This document shows, in pieces, positions 36,855 to 48,401 of a stretch of DNA of 64,000 nt. Within the stretch, counting starts at the first letter, position 1, and every line of letters begins with the position of its first letter. Under the pieces are notes generated by a model. It did not search any database. It was given only the letters and a program-made list of their open reading frames with translations, and had not been told where the DNA came from. The translations under genes were made by a program, and so were the position numbers. The stretch is taken from NCBI GenBank assembly GCA_001599295.1, contig BCGN01000007.1, positions 322,433 to 386,432 of the forward strand. Direction: 5' to 3'. Source of the DNA: Sporopachydermia quercuum. Its lineage: Eukaryota.

Positions 36855-38471
36855 TGTGATATGATTATCAATATTAACAGTAAAAATAATAAATCCTGGA
36901 GTTGTGTTTATTTCTGCAACTGATGTAGTTTCACGATTCCTATATTCAAATGTAAACTACAAATCAATGTTTTCTTTCTTCCAACTATTGTTGATTCATT
37001 TAATTATCCAGTCTGCGAATTGGCCTCTTTATAATACTTGTGTTAATGTTGCATTGCATATTACCGANTTATGTTTCGTAGTTAAGGTTAAATCATGGTT
37101 ACATAGAAAAGGGGAATTTCACTCAAAATGATTACGTACATATGGTATGGGTATGTACGTAATAATGATTTTGATTGAACAATAAATGATTTGATTTTGA
37201 TGTGATTAATATATGAGAATGTGAGTTATAATAATGATGATAAAGATGGAGACTCTTTTATTAGTATTGTATGCATTTCATTCATGGTAGTGGTTTGCTA
37301 TTACAGTATATATGTTTGGGAGAGTGTAAGAGGGTAAAATACTTGTAGTAGTTTAGGAGGCATAGAGGTGTCATTTGCATGAGAAGCGTTTGATTCCATA
37401 CATTTTCGATACAAGTTATAAAAGATCTACTAGAGGGACGGATTAAATGATTGATGAGTAAAGAATAAGTGAATGACACAAATCAACTGTGGATTTGTTG
37501 ATCTTAATAAGCAAATGATGAGCTAGAACAGATTATTGGCTATCTTTTCAAAGTTTGGTATCCTGTTGATGATCATGGACTGGTGATGTGCGAGATAGTT
37601 CAAGGTTAAAAATGATGGATGACTTATTGATCTGGCAAAGAATCTACTATATAGTACTTGAAAATTGCCGTCAAAATAGGATTGTGAACCAGCTGAGATG
37701 CATCTACAATGAACCATTTATATATTTCTCCTTTTGTTATAGATAAACCCTCATTATAAACTATGGTCTCCGTATTGAGTCTTTGATCGCATATTGAATG
37801 TAGTGCATGGGGGTACAGGATCAGATCAGAATTCACCCGAACAAAACGGTACCATGTTGGCGAAGCATACGAATGTGCTAGATTGATGGTTTGGATAGTC
37901 GATGTCTTCATAGAAGACATTATTACTAGTATTATTAGTATTTCAATGCTTTGGTACTTGTACTGTAAAATCGGTTCCCAACTTATTTTCTAATGGAAAA
38001 ACACTCGCAGAACTTTAGGGAATATCGCTTTACATAATGAAATTTTTGATTGCATATGAATGGTGTGGAATAGTTTAGTATAATCTGCATTATGCTTGTA
38101 GGAATAGCCTTTGCAAAACTATATATTGGAAGATAACAAATTAGAAAATATGTCTAATAAAACTCGACAATGTGGTTCATTTATTCTGTTTGATACGGTA
38201 TATATAATCAGAATAGAATATTTACTATAGCATTTTTCTTACCGTATTATTGGCTTGTATACTAGCTCTTTCAGGTTTCAATTCCAAACTACCCAGAGAA
38301 CGAAACTACTTCCGTCAAATGGGATATTCATTACAATTTTTTTGTATCTATAAGATAGATTGTATATTAAACATAACTAAACAAATTTTCTTATATTAAT
38401 TCCCAATCGTCTGTATTATTTCATTTCCATTCCACCTACATGAATAACCATGATTTCGATCTACATAATTC

Positions 38472-38498
38472 CATTGGAACGGGCATTGGAACGGGCAT
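38472..38498. repeat. Tandem duplication (CATTGGAACGGG)x2
   Basis: Read directly from the sequence. Confidence 0.85.
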
Positions 38499-39461
38499 CT
38501 GATTTACTTGTGGCTTCAAAACTATTGTCATATTGACATGGTATCTCATCTTCGCATCTAACCTCATCGAGCGCCGGTTAAGATACCTGCTGTATAAACA
38601 ATTACACGGGTCTGATGATATTCATATCCGTACACATGTATAAGTATACCTGCCTTTTGAAGGGAACCGACAGGACCACTGGTGGCCGATGTCTTTATGC
38701 TTTTTACCCGTGACTGTGTGGCATAGGCTATTACTCCAAAACAATTTAATAAAAAGTGTACTTAAAAGAAATGAAAGAAGTTACTTTTCGATGAAGTAAC
38801 TAACGATGGCTCTTAATGAAAATTTTCCGAGCCGTTATTTTTACCAAACTGAATATGCGAATAAAAAGAAGAAAGATGCAAGACCAAAGCTATATACTAA
38901 TATACTTGGAAATAAGTTGATTTCTTAAGACAACAATATCGAAATGATTCAAGAGGCGTGTTTGAATGTACTTCAGAAAAAAGAAAAAAAATTAGTTTAA
39001 TCTCTCAGGAATCATTACCCATCATGCATAAGAATTATTAACCCGATCACCAATTCTAAGCAAGTTTTCAGTGTTTGAGCAACATATTCACACAGTTAGT
39101 TAATGGACTACCCAAAATAAGTAAACAAACTCATAGACATTCAATCTTCATTTATTCAAGTACTCCAGAGAACAAATCCTCAAAATCCTATTATCCTCCA
39201 ACAACAATAAACATTTTCCCCGTAGAGCAACTTCGAACAATAATGGATATCTCCACAGTTTCCCAATCAGCACAAAATCATCCCCATCGTAACAGTCGTT
39301 CCTATCTTTTTGTTCTCGAATTGTATCATTTTTTATTAATGTGTGTCGCAAGTTAATTATTACATAATCAAAAATAGCTTTAATACGATGGGAAACCTTA
39401 AATGATCTCAACCTTAAGTATCCTTCATTTTATGCTCATATTTACCTAGTTCTTTCATTTA

Positions 39462-39685
39462 GTGAGTAACTAGCAGAACGGTTATCATTACCTTTCACCA
39501 ACTTTGCTAAAAACTTTTAACAGAAAAGTTTGATTGTAAATCCTTTAGCAGTCACAGAGGAAGCAGTCTCACCATTTCTCTTTTCAGTAGGCGGTCTTAT
39601 CAGATGCCTATTCCTTATCAGAGATAATCCTTATCAATTGCTATTGATAGCTATATCAACATACTAATTATTGTTTGAGATACAG
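39462..39685 (+). other. Candidate 5'UTR intron of SPP41
   Basis: GTGAGT donor at 39462, TACTAAT branch at 39662-39668, TACAG acceptor ending 39685. An in-frame TAG lies between the acceptor and ATG 39822. Confidence 0.5.
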
Positions 39686-39821
39686 GGTATCTTTAGTTAT
39701 TATACTAGTCAATAAACGTTATTGCTCAATCGGAAACACGCCCAACAACAACCAATAGAGCACTGTTGGTATTTGGTGTTGGTGTTGTTGTTGTTCCCTG
39801 TTACGCCTGCCAGAACATACA

Positions 39822-42800
39822 ATGGCTTCTGATGCTGGGGATGAACCGGAAGGGCAATCATCAGCTTTAAACGATTTAGATGAACTACAATTAGAAGATG
39901 CAGTGAATGCAGCAATGGAAGCAGCGGTTGCTGCTATGGAGCAAGATGACGCTGCTAATGATACTACTACATCAAACCAACATGATACTGATGAATTGTT
40001 TCGTACCGCGTTCCCTAGTCAGGATATGCTTGTGGCAGTTGCTCAATCTCATGTTGATATGCAAGAGCACGAACAAACTCGAGTGGAAGAACAACAACAN
40101 GAAAAGGAACTGGAAGCTGCGCATGAACATGAAATTGACGATATGAAGTCTTCAGAGCATACAAACAATATAGAGAGAGATTTACATCAATTAGAGCGTA
40201 ATAGATCACATTCGCCTGTACCTGCTGAAGATGATACCGAGCAACCTCAACCTTTGCAAGCTGCGCACGTAGCTATTGAAACTGCTACAAGAGCAGGTAG
40301 TACAGATACCCCAATTGCAAATGGAGAAGAAGAATCGAAAGACGTAGAGATGAAACAGCCTGATGAGATGGAGTTGGCTCTTCAGAGCCTAGACAACTTC
40401 GACTTCAACAACTTGAACATGAATGATTTGCAAATACAGCCAAATTTACTCAATGCTATGCAATCCTTGGTGACTCAATCGCTTGATGAGATGCATCCAG
40501 ATGGAACAGAGTCCCAAAAGGAAGGCCAGAGTGAATCAAAAATAGTAGAGCCATCGCCTGCAGCAGGAGGTAACGAAGGAGAGAAATCAAGCGGTAGATC
40601 AACAGAACCAGTCAATCAGGTTCCCAATAGTGAACATGAAAGTCCTAATTGTATTGAAATCCCAAAACCCGAATCAATACTTTCAGAAGAATCAGGTGGA
40701 AACGCGGCGCCACCGGAGAAGGAAAAGGATAATGTAGATAGTACCAATGAAAAGCCGATTGACGTGAATGATTTCCAGCTTGCACTTCCATCGGCTGAAG
40801 AATTAGAAGAGCAAATGAAGAATTTGCCGATATCTCTTGATGCTTTAGGAGATTTAGGTGCTTCTATGACTCAAAGCTTGGCCCAATTGTCAGAATCGAT
40901 GAACGAGTATCAATCAACGGCAGTTGATCGTTCCAAAGGAATTGATGATAATAACGCTGATACTAGCGGGATTGAGACTGCAGACAGTGCTAATGAGGAT
41001 GATAACGGTGCTAGTGATGACTTATCTGCCTTTGATAGCACATTATTGTCAAAGGTTGTTCAAAATATGATGAAATCTCTTCATCCAGAAGGTGAAGATG
41101 AAGCTGAAGCTGCCCATCAACTTGGTGATGTCAATGAATCTATAGACACTTCCATTTCCAATGATGTGTTAGATCCAACTCTTATTTTGAAGAATGCTCT
41201 AGCGTTAGCCATGGAAAACCCTGATGATCTGATAGGGAACATGCAACTACCAGAAGAGGCTTTTGGTGTTGGAGAATCAACTGCAGGTGAAGACAAAAAT
41301 GAGACTAATGCTACAGAAAAAGNAGAGCAAGAAGCTGCATTAGCTAGTTTAGAACAAAGCTCCACCTTAGAGGCCGCCCTTTCACAGTTTCTACAGGGCG
41401 ATAATCAAATCGATTTGGATCAACATACTGGCTCATCTACATCTCTATTAGAAGCCCTGTTACATGGCGAAGTCGGCCAGAATGCAAAATCCAAACCAAA
41501 ACGGATAAGAAAGGCCCAACCAAGAACTCCGAGAGCTCCAAGGGCCCCCAAGAAACCAAAGGAGCCTAAAGCAAAGAAAGCTAAGGAACCGAAGCCTCCG
41601 AAGCCGCCAAAGCCACCTAAAGCTCCAAAGCCGCCTAAAGAACCTAAAATACGAAAGGAAAAAGCACTTCCCCAGCCTAAAGATGGTCTAGTGGCTGCTG
41701 GTGATGAAGTCGCTGTGGATAAATCAAAGGAAGGTACTGAAGAGGAAATACCCAAGACATCCAAGCCAAAGACACCCCGAAAGCCCCGAAAGAAGAAGGC
41801 CGATAAGCAGGAACCCAAATACGACAGTGAAGGTAANTTGATACCTTCTGTCAGTACCGGTGTCGATGGTAAAGCTGGTTTTACGGACACTGGTGGAGAT
41901 GATAAGAATAAGGGTAAGGATAAAGATAAGTCTGAAGCCAAGAAGAAAGAAAAAGTCCCAAGGAAACCACGTAAAAAAAAGGAGAGAGCTGGGAATCATG
42001 ACACTTCTATCGTTGGTATTGCTGCCAATACGCCAACAATCAACCTCAACACTTCGATTACGCCAAATACTGTACCTACTGATCCTAAATTGGCTATGAT
42101 TGATGCAATCTCTGTTTCAAAGGCCTTTGCTACTGCTGCACCAGAAACTCATTCTTTGAAACAAGTGCACTTCTCCGGGAGTTCAACTGGTGGTGCCAGT
42201 GCTAACGCTGGTTCAACCTCTTCTGCTCCTACTAGGGGTACTGGTTTATCTATTGCCGAAACATTGGCATTGGCAAGACCCCGCAGAGACTATTCATCAA
42301 TTCAGTCTCTAGAAGCAGAAAGAGCACGTCAGGATGCTCTGAAGAAAGATTCAGACTCTTTTGGACGGTTGATGAATAGAACTGGTCCCAACCCAAGAAT
42401 TGCTGCTAGTCTTGCCTCTGCCATGAAAAATTTGCCTTCTAATTCAGGAATTGGCAGTATTAATTCTAATGAAGCCAGAACTGGTGGGAGCAGTAACAAC
42501 GAGCCTAAGATGACATTTAAGAACAGGTTTTTGAACGAAAGTGCTGTTGAGGCTGGCCAATTGAAATATCTTACCAAGCCAAAGACAACCAAGTTTGTTC
42601 ATCATGTTCCTTCGAACTCTGGTATCAAATTGCAAGGCAACTCTAAAGCCGGTTCAGACTCTGATAGCAATGACAGTGGAACAAATCATCTGGCACTGCT
42701 CGCTCAGCAATTGTATTCTAGCTCGGCAGATTCGTTAAAGAAAGTCTCCGACGGCGATATCAATCTTCCGCCTGCGGACCAAAACGTAAGCCAATCAGGA

Positions 42801-44195
42801 ACCCCCGCCAGTACTGGCGATAGCAGTACGGTAGCAGAAGGAACACCTGAATCCTCAGATTCAAACATGATGACTGTTCTGCTACTAGCAAAACAACTAA
42901 TGGCTGGTTCTGCTGAAAGCTCTGATAGTAGTATGATGAAATCTGCTTTGCGTTTAGTAGAAGATTTGAACATACAAGGCCGAGGATTGAGTGGTAAGTT
43001 TGGTACTAGAAATAAATATCGTAATGGTAGCGATCAAGAGAAAATCAGAGAAGATAATCGAGAAAGAAAGAAACGCTGGAGAGATTTGAATGCAGAGAAA
43101 AACAAGGATAATGACTTACGATCACGAGTTCAAAGGAGAGCGAACGTGATGTTTGGACCTGAGGAATCTGCTGCCAAGCGTCAATGGATTGAAAACGAAT
43201 TTTCTCGTAGAAGACAGAAACGATTGGCGAAAAATAACTTGATGGGTAGAAACTCTTCCAGTGGTATGGATGACAGCCTAATTGTAAGTGAGAGTAGTGG
43301 TAAACAGCGGATGATCAATATGGAGAAGATCATCACGCCAAACATGGTCAGTAACGGTGGTGATATCAGACAGGTATTATCTGCTAGGAAAGATTATAAA
43401 AAACCTTTCGCTGGATCATTACCTAGTAGTAGTAGTTCTGCTATGAATAATGGTGCTACGTCTATTACAGCAGCATCTAGCCATGGGCAAGGATTCGACT
43501 TGTCGTCTGTTGTTGCAAGATTATCCAAGGATGCTAATCTGGTCAAGGATTTGTCAGGATTGATAAAGGTGATTAATAATTCACATTCATTGCCAGGAGC
43601 CCTTGGTAGACAAAGCGATAAGCCTTCAACATTGATCACTCAGTTAGAGTCCTTATTGAGTCAATCTGAGAAGAGAAAAGCTCGCGAATTGAATAATGAT
43701 GGGAAGAATGACGATGAATCAAGAAAGAAAGTTCGTGTTGCTTCGTTTNCTATACCTCCTGTTCTTGTTCCTGGTGGCATGGTTTCTCCCTCTGTCAAAT
43801 TTCCTATGTATAAGAAGCCGGAGGATGATTCTAAAGAAGCTGAAATTGAAGGATCTGGTACACCTAAGAATGGTACTCCCAGTATTGATTCTGCCCAAGT
43901 GACCGTGAAGGCAGCATCTGACCAAACTCTTGCGAAAGGGGAGGAAGCTTCTAGCAACAGAGTTGAAGTCACTAATGAATCACCGGATACCATCAGTACA
44001 ACTAGCACGAATGACAGTACTCCGAAGACATCAAATGCCAAAGAAAAAGTTAATCCCGTTATGGCTAGCCAGTTCAGAGGTATTAGAAAGCCTACCTTCA
44101 ATGCTCCTGTTCCCAGAGTTAACCTGAAGCAGGCTAACAGTAAAGTAAGAGCTATGGGTTTTCCTCCTTCTTTATCTTCATTGATTCGCAATTGA
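39822..44195 (+). CDS. SPP41: Spp41-like nuclear protein (DUF3020), 1457 aa
   Basis: DUF3020 motif KIREDNRERKKRWRDLNAEKNKDNDLRSRVQRRANVMFG...WIENEFSRRRQKR; LSIAETLA motif; acidic N-terminus; K/P-rich repeats. Confidence 0.85.
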   Translation: MASDAGDEPEGQSSALNDLDELQLEDAVNAAMEAAVAAMEQDDAANDTTTSNQHDTDELFRTAFPSQDMLVAVAQSHVDMQEHEQTRVEEQQXEKELEAAHEHEIDDMKSSEHTNNIERDLHQLERNRSHSPVPAEDDTEQPQPLQAAHVAIETATRAGSTDTPIANGEEESKDVEMKQPDEMELALQSLDNFDFNNLNMNDLQIQPNLLNAMQSLVTQSLDEMHPDGTESQKEGQSESKIVEPSPAAGGNEGEKSSGRSTEPVNQVPNSEHESPNCIEIPKPESILSEESGGNAAPPEKEKDNVDSTNEKPIDVNDFQLALPSAEELEEQMKNLPISLDALGDLGASMTQSLAQLSESMNEYQSTAVDRSKGIDDNNADTSGIETADSANEDDNGASDDLSAFDSTLLSKVVQNMMKSLHPEGEDEAEAAHQLGDVNESIDTSISNDVLDPTLILKNALALAMENPDDLIGNMQLPEEAFGVGESTAGEDKNETNATEKXEQEAALASLEQSSTLEAALSQFLQGDNQIDLDQHTGSSTSLLEALLHGEVGQNAKSKPKRIRKAQPRTPRAPRAPKKPKEPKAKKAKEPKPPKPPKPPKAPKPPKEPKIRKEKALPQPKDGLVAAGDEVAVDKSKEGTEEEIPKTSKPKTPRKPRKKKADKQEPKYDSEGXLIPSVSTGVDGKAGFTDTGGDDKNKGKDKDKSEAKKKEKVPRKPRKKKERAGNHDTSIVGIAANTPTINLNTSITPNTVPTDPKLAMIDAISVSKAFATAAPETHSLKQVHFSGSSTGGASANAGSTSSAPTRGTGLSIAETLALARPRRDYSSIQSLEAERARQDALKKDSDSFGRLMNRTGPNPRIAASLASAMKNLPSNSGIGSINSNEARTGGSSNNEPKMTFKNRFLNESAVEAGQLKYLTKPKTTKFVHHVPSNSGIKLQGNSKAGSDSDSNDSGTNHLALLAQQLYSSSADSLKKVSDGDINLPPADQNVSQSGTPASTGDSSTVAEGTPESSDSNMMTVLLLAKQLMAGSAESSDSSMMKSALRLVEDLNIQGRGLSGKFGTRNKYRNGSDQEKIREDNRERKKRWRDLNAEKNKDNDLRSRVQRRANVMFGPEESAAKRQWIENEFSRRRQKRLAKNNLMGRNSSSGMDDSLIVSESSGKQRMINMEKIITPNMVSNGGDIRQVLSARKDYKKPFAGSLPSSSSSAMNNGATSITAASSHGQGFDLSSVVARLSKDANLVKDLSGLIKVINNSHSLPGALGRQSDKPSTLITQLESLLSQSEKRKARELNNDGKNDDESRKKVRVASFXIPPVLVPGGMVSPSVKFPMYKKPEDDSKEAEIEGSGTPKNGTPSIDSAQVTVKAASDQTLAKGEEASSNRVEVTNESPDTISTTSTNDSTPKTSNAKEKVNPVMASQFRGIRKPTFNAPVPRVNLKQANSKVRAMGFPPSLSSLIRN

Positions 44196-44445
44196 GATAT
44201 CGATCATTGAGATTTTTTTGTTTCCAGCATTTTGAGGAGGAGCAGCTGCCGTTGTTCCTTAATTTCCTTACANCCAGAAAGTTCTTCTCTACCCAATTGT
44301 TGTGAATTGTATTCAATCTATTTATTATTATTATGTATATTAGCTATGTATTATAGATGTATCTTCAATGGATTAATTCCCAAGTATACTATTAATCAAC
44401 TTTGTAGATACACGGTTCTAAGACATTTAATATTGACCAACTAAG

Positions 44446-45604
44446 TCAATCGTATTTGAACACGTTCAAGTGGGATAATCTTTTTGCAAAACTTAGAACT
44501 TTCCTTGGAGCCTTCACAACGTCGATCAAAGAATCATAATCGCCTCTTGCCAGGAGAGATTTCAGATTATTCAATTGAAGTCTTATCATACTGGGAACTT
44601 CATATTTTTCGTTCCAATTTAGCTTTCTCATTACTTCAGATTGTAGATCAGACTGACTAGTCACAGACGCAGTGCTACCATAAAGATAAAAATGTCGATC
44701 CATTTTCATAGGTGTATAAAGAAGAGGAATNTGAATAGTGACAAGTGAGTCCTCGGATGATGTGGTTATTGAATCCAAGTTCAATTCAATCCATTGACTC
44801 AGAAAGTTGTCCACTACAAGAGGTGCAATTAGTTTTGGAGGCTTTTCTATTTCCTGTTCAATATCAGCATATCCAATATCATTTTCTTCAGGGCTCTTGT
44901 AATGTAGATTTAGAGTCTGCACATACTCATAAGACTCAAATTCGAAAACACCCCCAACTAAAGTATTAGGAAATACAGGAAATCTATCACTCTCTGCAAA
45001 NCGTGATCTTCTTGCAAGAGAAAAACACCTTTTCTTTGATGCCATGTCAGTGCATATAGGAGCAACCCAGGATATCATCGAACTAATTGGTGACGAAAAA
45101 GAGTATTTACACGAACCATATGTTTGTTTACTGATTACCTCTCCGGCCTCACAAACGACCAAGTTGGTTTCTATGACAGGGGAGAGAATGTTTTCTAGTT
45201 CCAAAGTCCTATTTGTTATCCATTTTTTTTGCATGTTTTTCAGTACAGCTTCTATTCGAATCCCCGAATACAAGAACTGCGAGGTGCCAGATGGCTCACA
45301 TATCCTATTTTGCGAAACCGGAGCTCGCAATGCTTCAATTCTTTTACCATCTGCCAGTTGAGAATACAGAATCCATGATATCAAAAAACTTGTAGGACCA
45401 AAGGTAAACAGTACCATTGCGACAGCATACAGCGCTACGATGTAGATAGACCCACAAGGGAGAGTCAATGATCAGATCATAAGGCTGAGTAAAAGCAATC
45501 AATATAGTATAGGACATACAACTGAGAAAAGTTCAAACGTTTGCTTAGCAAATATCGGATATTTCTATGGTAGCTAATAAAAGCTTCTTTCTAGCCTAAC
45601 ACAT
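44446..45604 (-). CDS. Unidentified protein of about 300-320 aa; start uncertain (unspliced ATG 45417, or ATG 45604 via micro-exons)
   Basis: About 1 kb of open frame convergent with SPP41. The track start at 45468 is TTG, not ATG. No family recognised with confidence. Confidence 0.6.
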
Positions 45605-45895
45605 TTTCTTTTGATGGCGATAATTAAAGGCAACCAAAGAACAACAATCGTATTTTGCTATAAACAATCAGGAACCAAAATAAGATTCTGTGGTAGTTAT
45701 ACGAAGCTATCACACGGGCTCTAAAGACATCCACAAAGCTGTTCACTTTGTGATTTGACTGTATTTAGATTCATAAAATAATCTATACTGTTACTTCCTC
45801 TAAACACTGTGGGAGCTAAATGAGCCAAGTAGTCGATGATACAAAAGCAATTGATAATAATCAGTCACATGACATAATCTGGGGAAGCTTCATTT

Positions 45896-45918
45896 CTCAT
45901 CATCTCATCATCTCATCG
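45896..45918 (-). promoter_or_regulatory. Triple PAC-like GATGAG motif (CGATGAGATGATGAGATGATGAG on minus)
   Basis: CTCATC at 45896, 45904 and 45912, about 300 nt upstream of ATG 45604. Could also be a slipped 8-mer repeat. Confidence 0.4.
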
Positions 45919-46831
45919 AACACCTTCCTCATTATTTGCACGTGATAGTAGAAGTATATAAAGCCCCCAAAATCTCATACAGTTTAGAATAAAGTCCCTG
46001 TGGCAAACTTTAAAAGCATAACTCAATTAATAAAAAGGGTAATTCCTCAGCCACAAATTAGGTAATGTTGGAAAAAAGTAAATGATGACAGATCACGTGT
46101 GATCACATCAAATTGTGGATGTTAAGTGAAATTTCACCAGATAGGATGAGTAATGTGGAAAATCGTCAATGAGGATAACGCAACAAAGGGAAAGTGTGGC
46201 AGCAATTNAACGTAAATAGGTAACTTGTTAGAAGTTATAGCGATAGCGAAGAACGCTAAAATTATTAATTGCTTTGCATCGAAGTAGAAAGAATATACAA
46301 GAAGACTATCTTTAGATCAGGTGAACAAGATGTCATTGAGACTTCCTTCGTGTCTCAAATACAATTAAAACATTTAGCTTTTAAAACATNATGTTCACAT
46401 AAATCAATTGTGGAATCAATTGTGGCCAAACTGAAAAACCTCGTGCAAATGGCACGGTTGGATGAAGGTTTGTGGCGCACAATCATGCCCTTACCGTAAT
46501 TTCTATTCCACTCAATTACTGCAATATAATACTAAGACTTGTAAACCATTCTTACTTGGAGCAATAGAAAAATCAACTGAATCAATCATTCAAGCTTTTA
46601 TCAGTAAATGTATCTTATTATCATCGAAGATAGTCAACAGTAAATGAAAACTCCGAATTACCGATTTTGAAATCAATTAAGTTACGCACCATAGTACGAA
46701 AGAATAGACAAATCATGGTAACATCTGGTAAATAGGAGATGGCGCATGATTTTCGACAGGTAAAGTTAAATTGAGGGTGTGGCTTTTTTTCCACCAGTTT
46801 AGTTCGCACGAATTGGAGATTAACTTTGGGA

Positions 46832-46840
46832 TATATAAAG
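46832..46840 (+). promoter_or_regulatory. TATA box (TATATAAAG) of PRX1
   Basis: Consensus TATA about 160 nt upstream of ATG 46998. Confidence 0.6.
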
Positions 46841-46997
46841 GATGGAAGATCCTGTTTTACTGTTCTTTCGTTTGGTTTCTGCGCTGGAATACACTATTTA
46901 TTATTTTCAATTGTATTTTAGTTAGTAGCTAAGGAAGTTTCTTACTGGACAAGATTTATTCACTAGTGTTTCTTGAGTAATAAACAAATTAACAATA

Positions 46998-47684
46998 ATG
47001 TCTTCTCTTCCACCACCCCCGGCTGGAACCTTGAGAATTGGTTCCACCGCTCCTGACTTTGAAGCTGACACTTCAAATGGTCCTATCAAGTTCCACGACT
47101 ATATTGGAGATAGTTGGGCTATCTTGTTTTCCCACCCTGATGATTTCACTCCCGTCTGTACTACTGAGTTGGGTGCTTTCGCCAAGTTGGAACCCGAATT
47201 TGCTAAGAGAAATGTCAAGTTGATTGGTCTCTCTGCCAACGGTCCTGAATCTCACAAGGCTTGGATCAAGGACATTGATGAAATCACTGGATCTAAGTTG
47301 ACTTTCCCCATCATTGCTGATCCTGAAAGAAAGATCGCTTACAAGTACGATATGATTGATTATCAAGATGCTACCAATGTTGACGACAAGGGAGTTCAAT
47401 TCACCATTAGATCTGTCTTTATTATCGACCCCAAGAAGACCATCAGATTAATCTTGTCGTACCCTGCTTCTACTGGTAGAAACACCGCTGAAGTTTTGAG
47501 AGTCGTTGACTCTCTTCAACTCGGTGACAAGAACAGAATCACTACTCCTATCAACTGGGTTCCTGGTGATGACGTCATTGTCCATCCTTCCGTTTCTAAC
47601 GATGAAGCTAAGACTCTTTTCCCTAAGTTTAGAGTCATCAAGCCTTATCTTAGATTGACTCCTTTGGAAGTCCCCAAGAACTAA
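46998..47684 (+). CDS. PRX1: 1-Cys peroxiredoxin (Prx6 class)
   Basis: FSHPDDFTPVCTTE, RSVFIIDP, YPASTGRNTAEVLRVVDSLQ, TPINWVPG. Confidence 0.95.
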   Translation: MSSLPPPPAGTLRIGSTAPDFEADTSNGPIKFHDYIGDSWAILFSHPDDFTPVCTTELGAFAKLEPEFAKRNVKLIGLSANGPESHKAWIKDIDEITGSKLTFPIIADPERKIAYKYDMIDYQDATNVDDKGVQFTIRSVFIIDPKKTIRLILSYPASTGRNTAEVLRVVDSLQLGDKNRITTPINWVPGDDVIVHPSVSNDEAKTLFPKFRVIKPYLRLTPLEVPKN

Positions 47685-48401
47685 AGTTTCTAACCTGTTG
47701 ATGTTTTAATGATTCAATTCATCTAGTGGCTACGGCTTCTTAGTCTGTAACAAAATACACAAATACTATAATATATATATCGTAAGTTCCAAAAACTTTC
47801 CCTCACATTTTTTACTGTTTGTATCGTTTTTCTCAGCATCTTTCTTTAATCGCACATGATCTCTATTTACCTATCAGTTTCTTTCGATCTGAGCAGATTA
47901 TGTTATCGAAAAACAATTGAATCTTTCTGAAAACTTTATCTTTTGACAGCCCCGTATTCTTATTCTCCTTTTTAAAATTAATATCACGTAATCATCAAAT
48001 AATCCTTATCCTGCTCTCAACAAGACACACACAACCACCAATTATGGGGTCTTCTTATTGAGCTCAATTTACTTCCGAAACGAATCTCCGGGATGCATTT
48101 TCAAACGTAATAACCGAATTGATCCAATTACAATTAATCACGGAATTGTTCTTTTTGTAGTATTAGATGGCAATTGTACATAGTAGTAGTCAATTTGTTA
48201 GTTGATCTACCAGCTCCTTTCAATGCAATTGTCACAATCAGACAAGGCAAAACTTCAATTACGATAATCTTATAGTTTGGTTGAAAACTCTACAATCTAT
48301 TAATTTTTGATCTTATCAACTCTCCTCAATAACTATTTGAGCAGCTTTACGGTCTATCCGTTGCCTATTTACCACAGCTTTGTAACTTCTCCCTATCCAC
48401 A

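Noticed and set aside
45420..45468. MTLPCGSIYIV resembling Pmp1
   Set aside because: The start is TTG just after an in-frame stop, probably intronic, and the ORF is far longer than a proteolipid.
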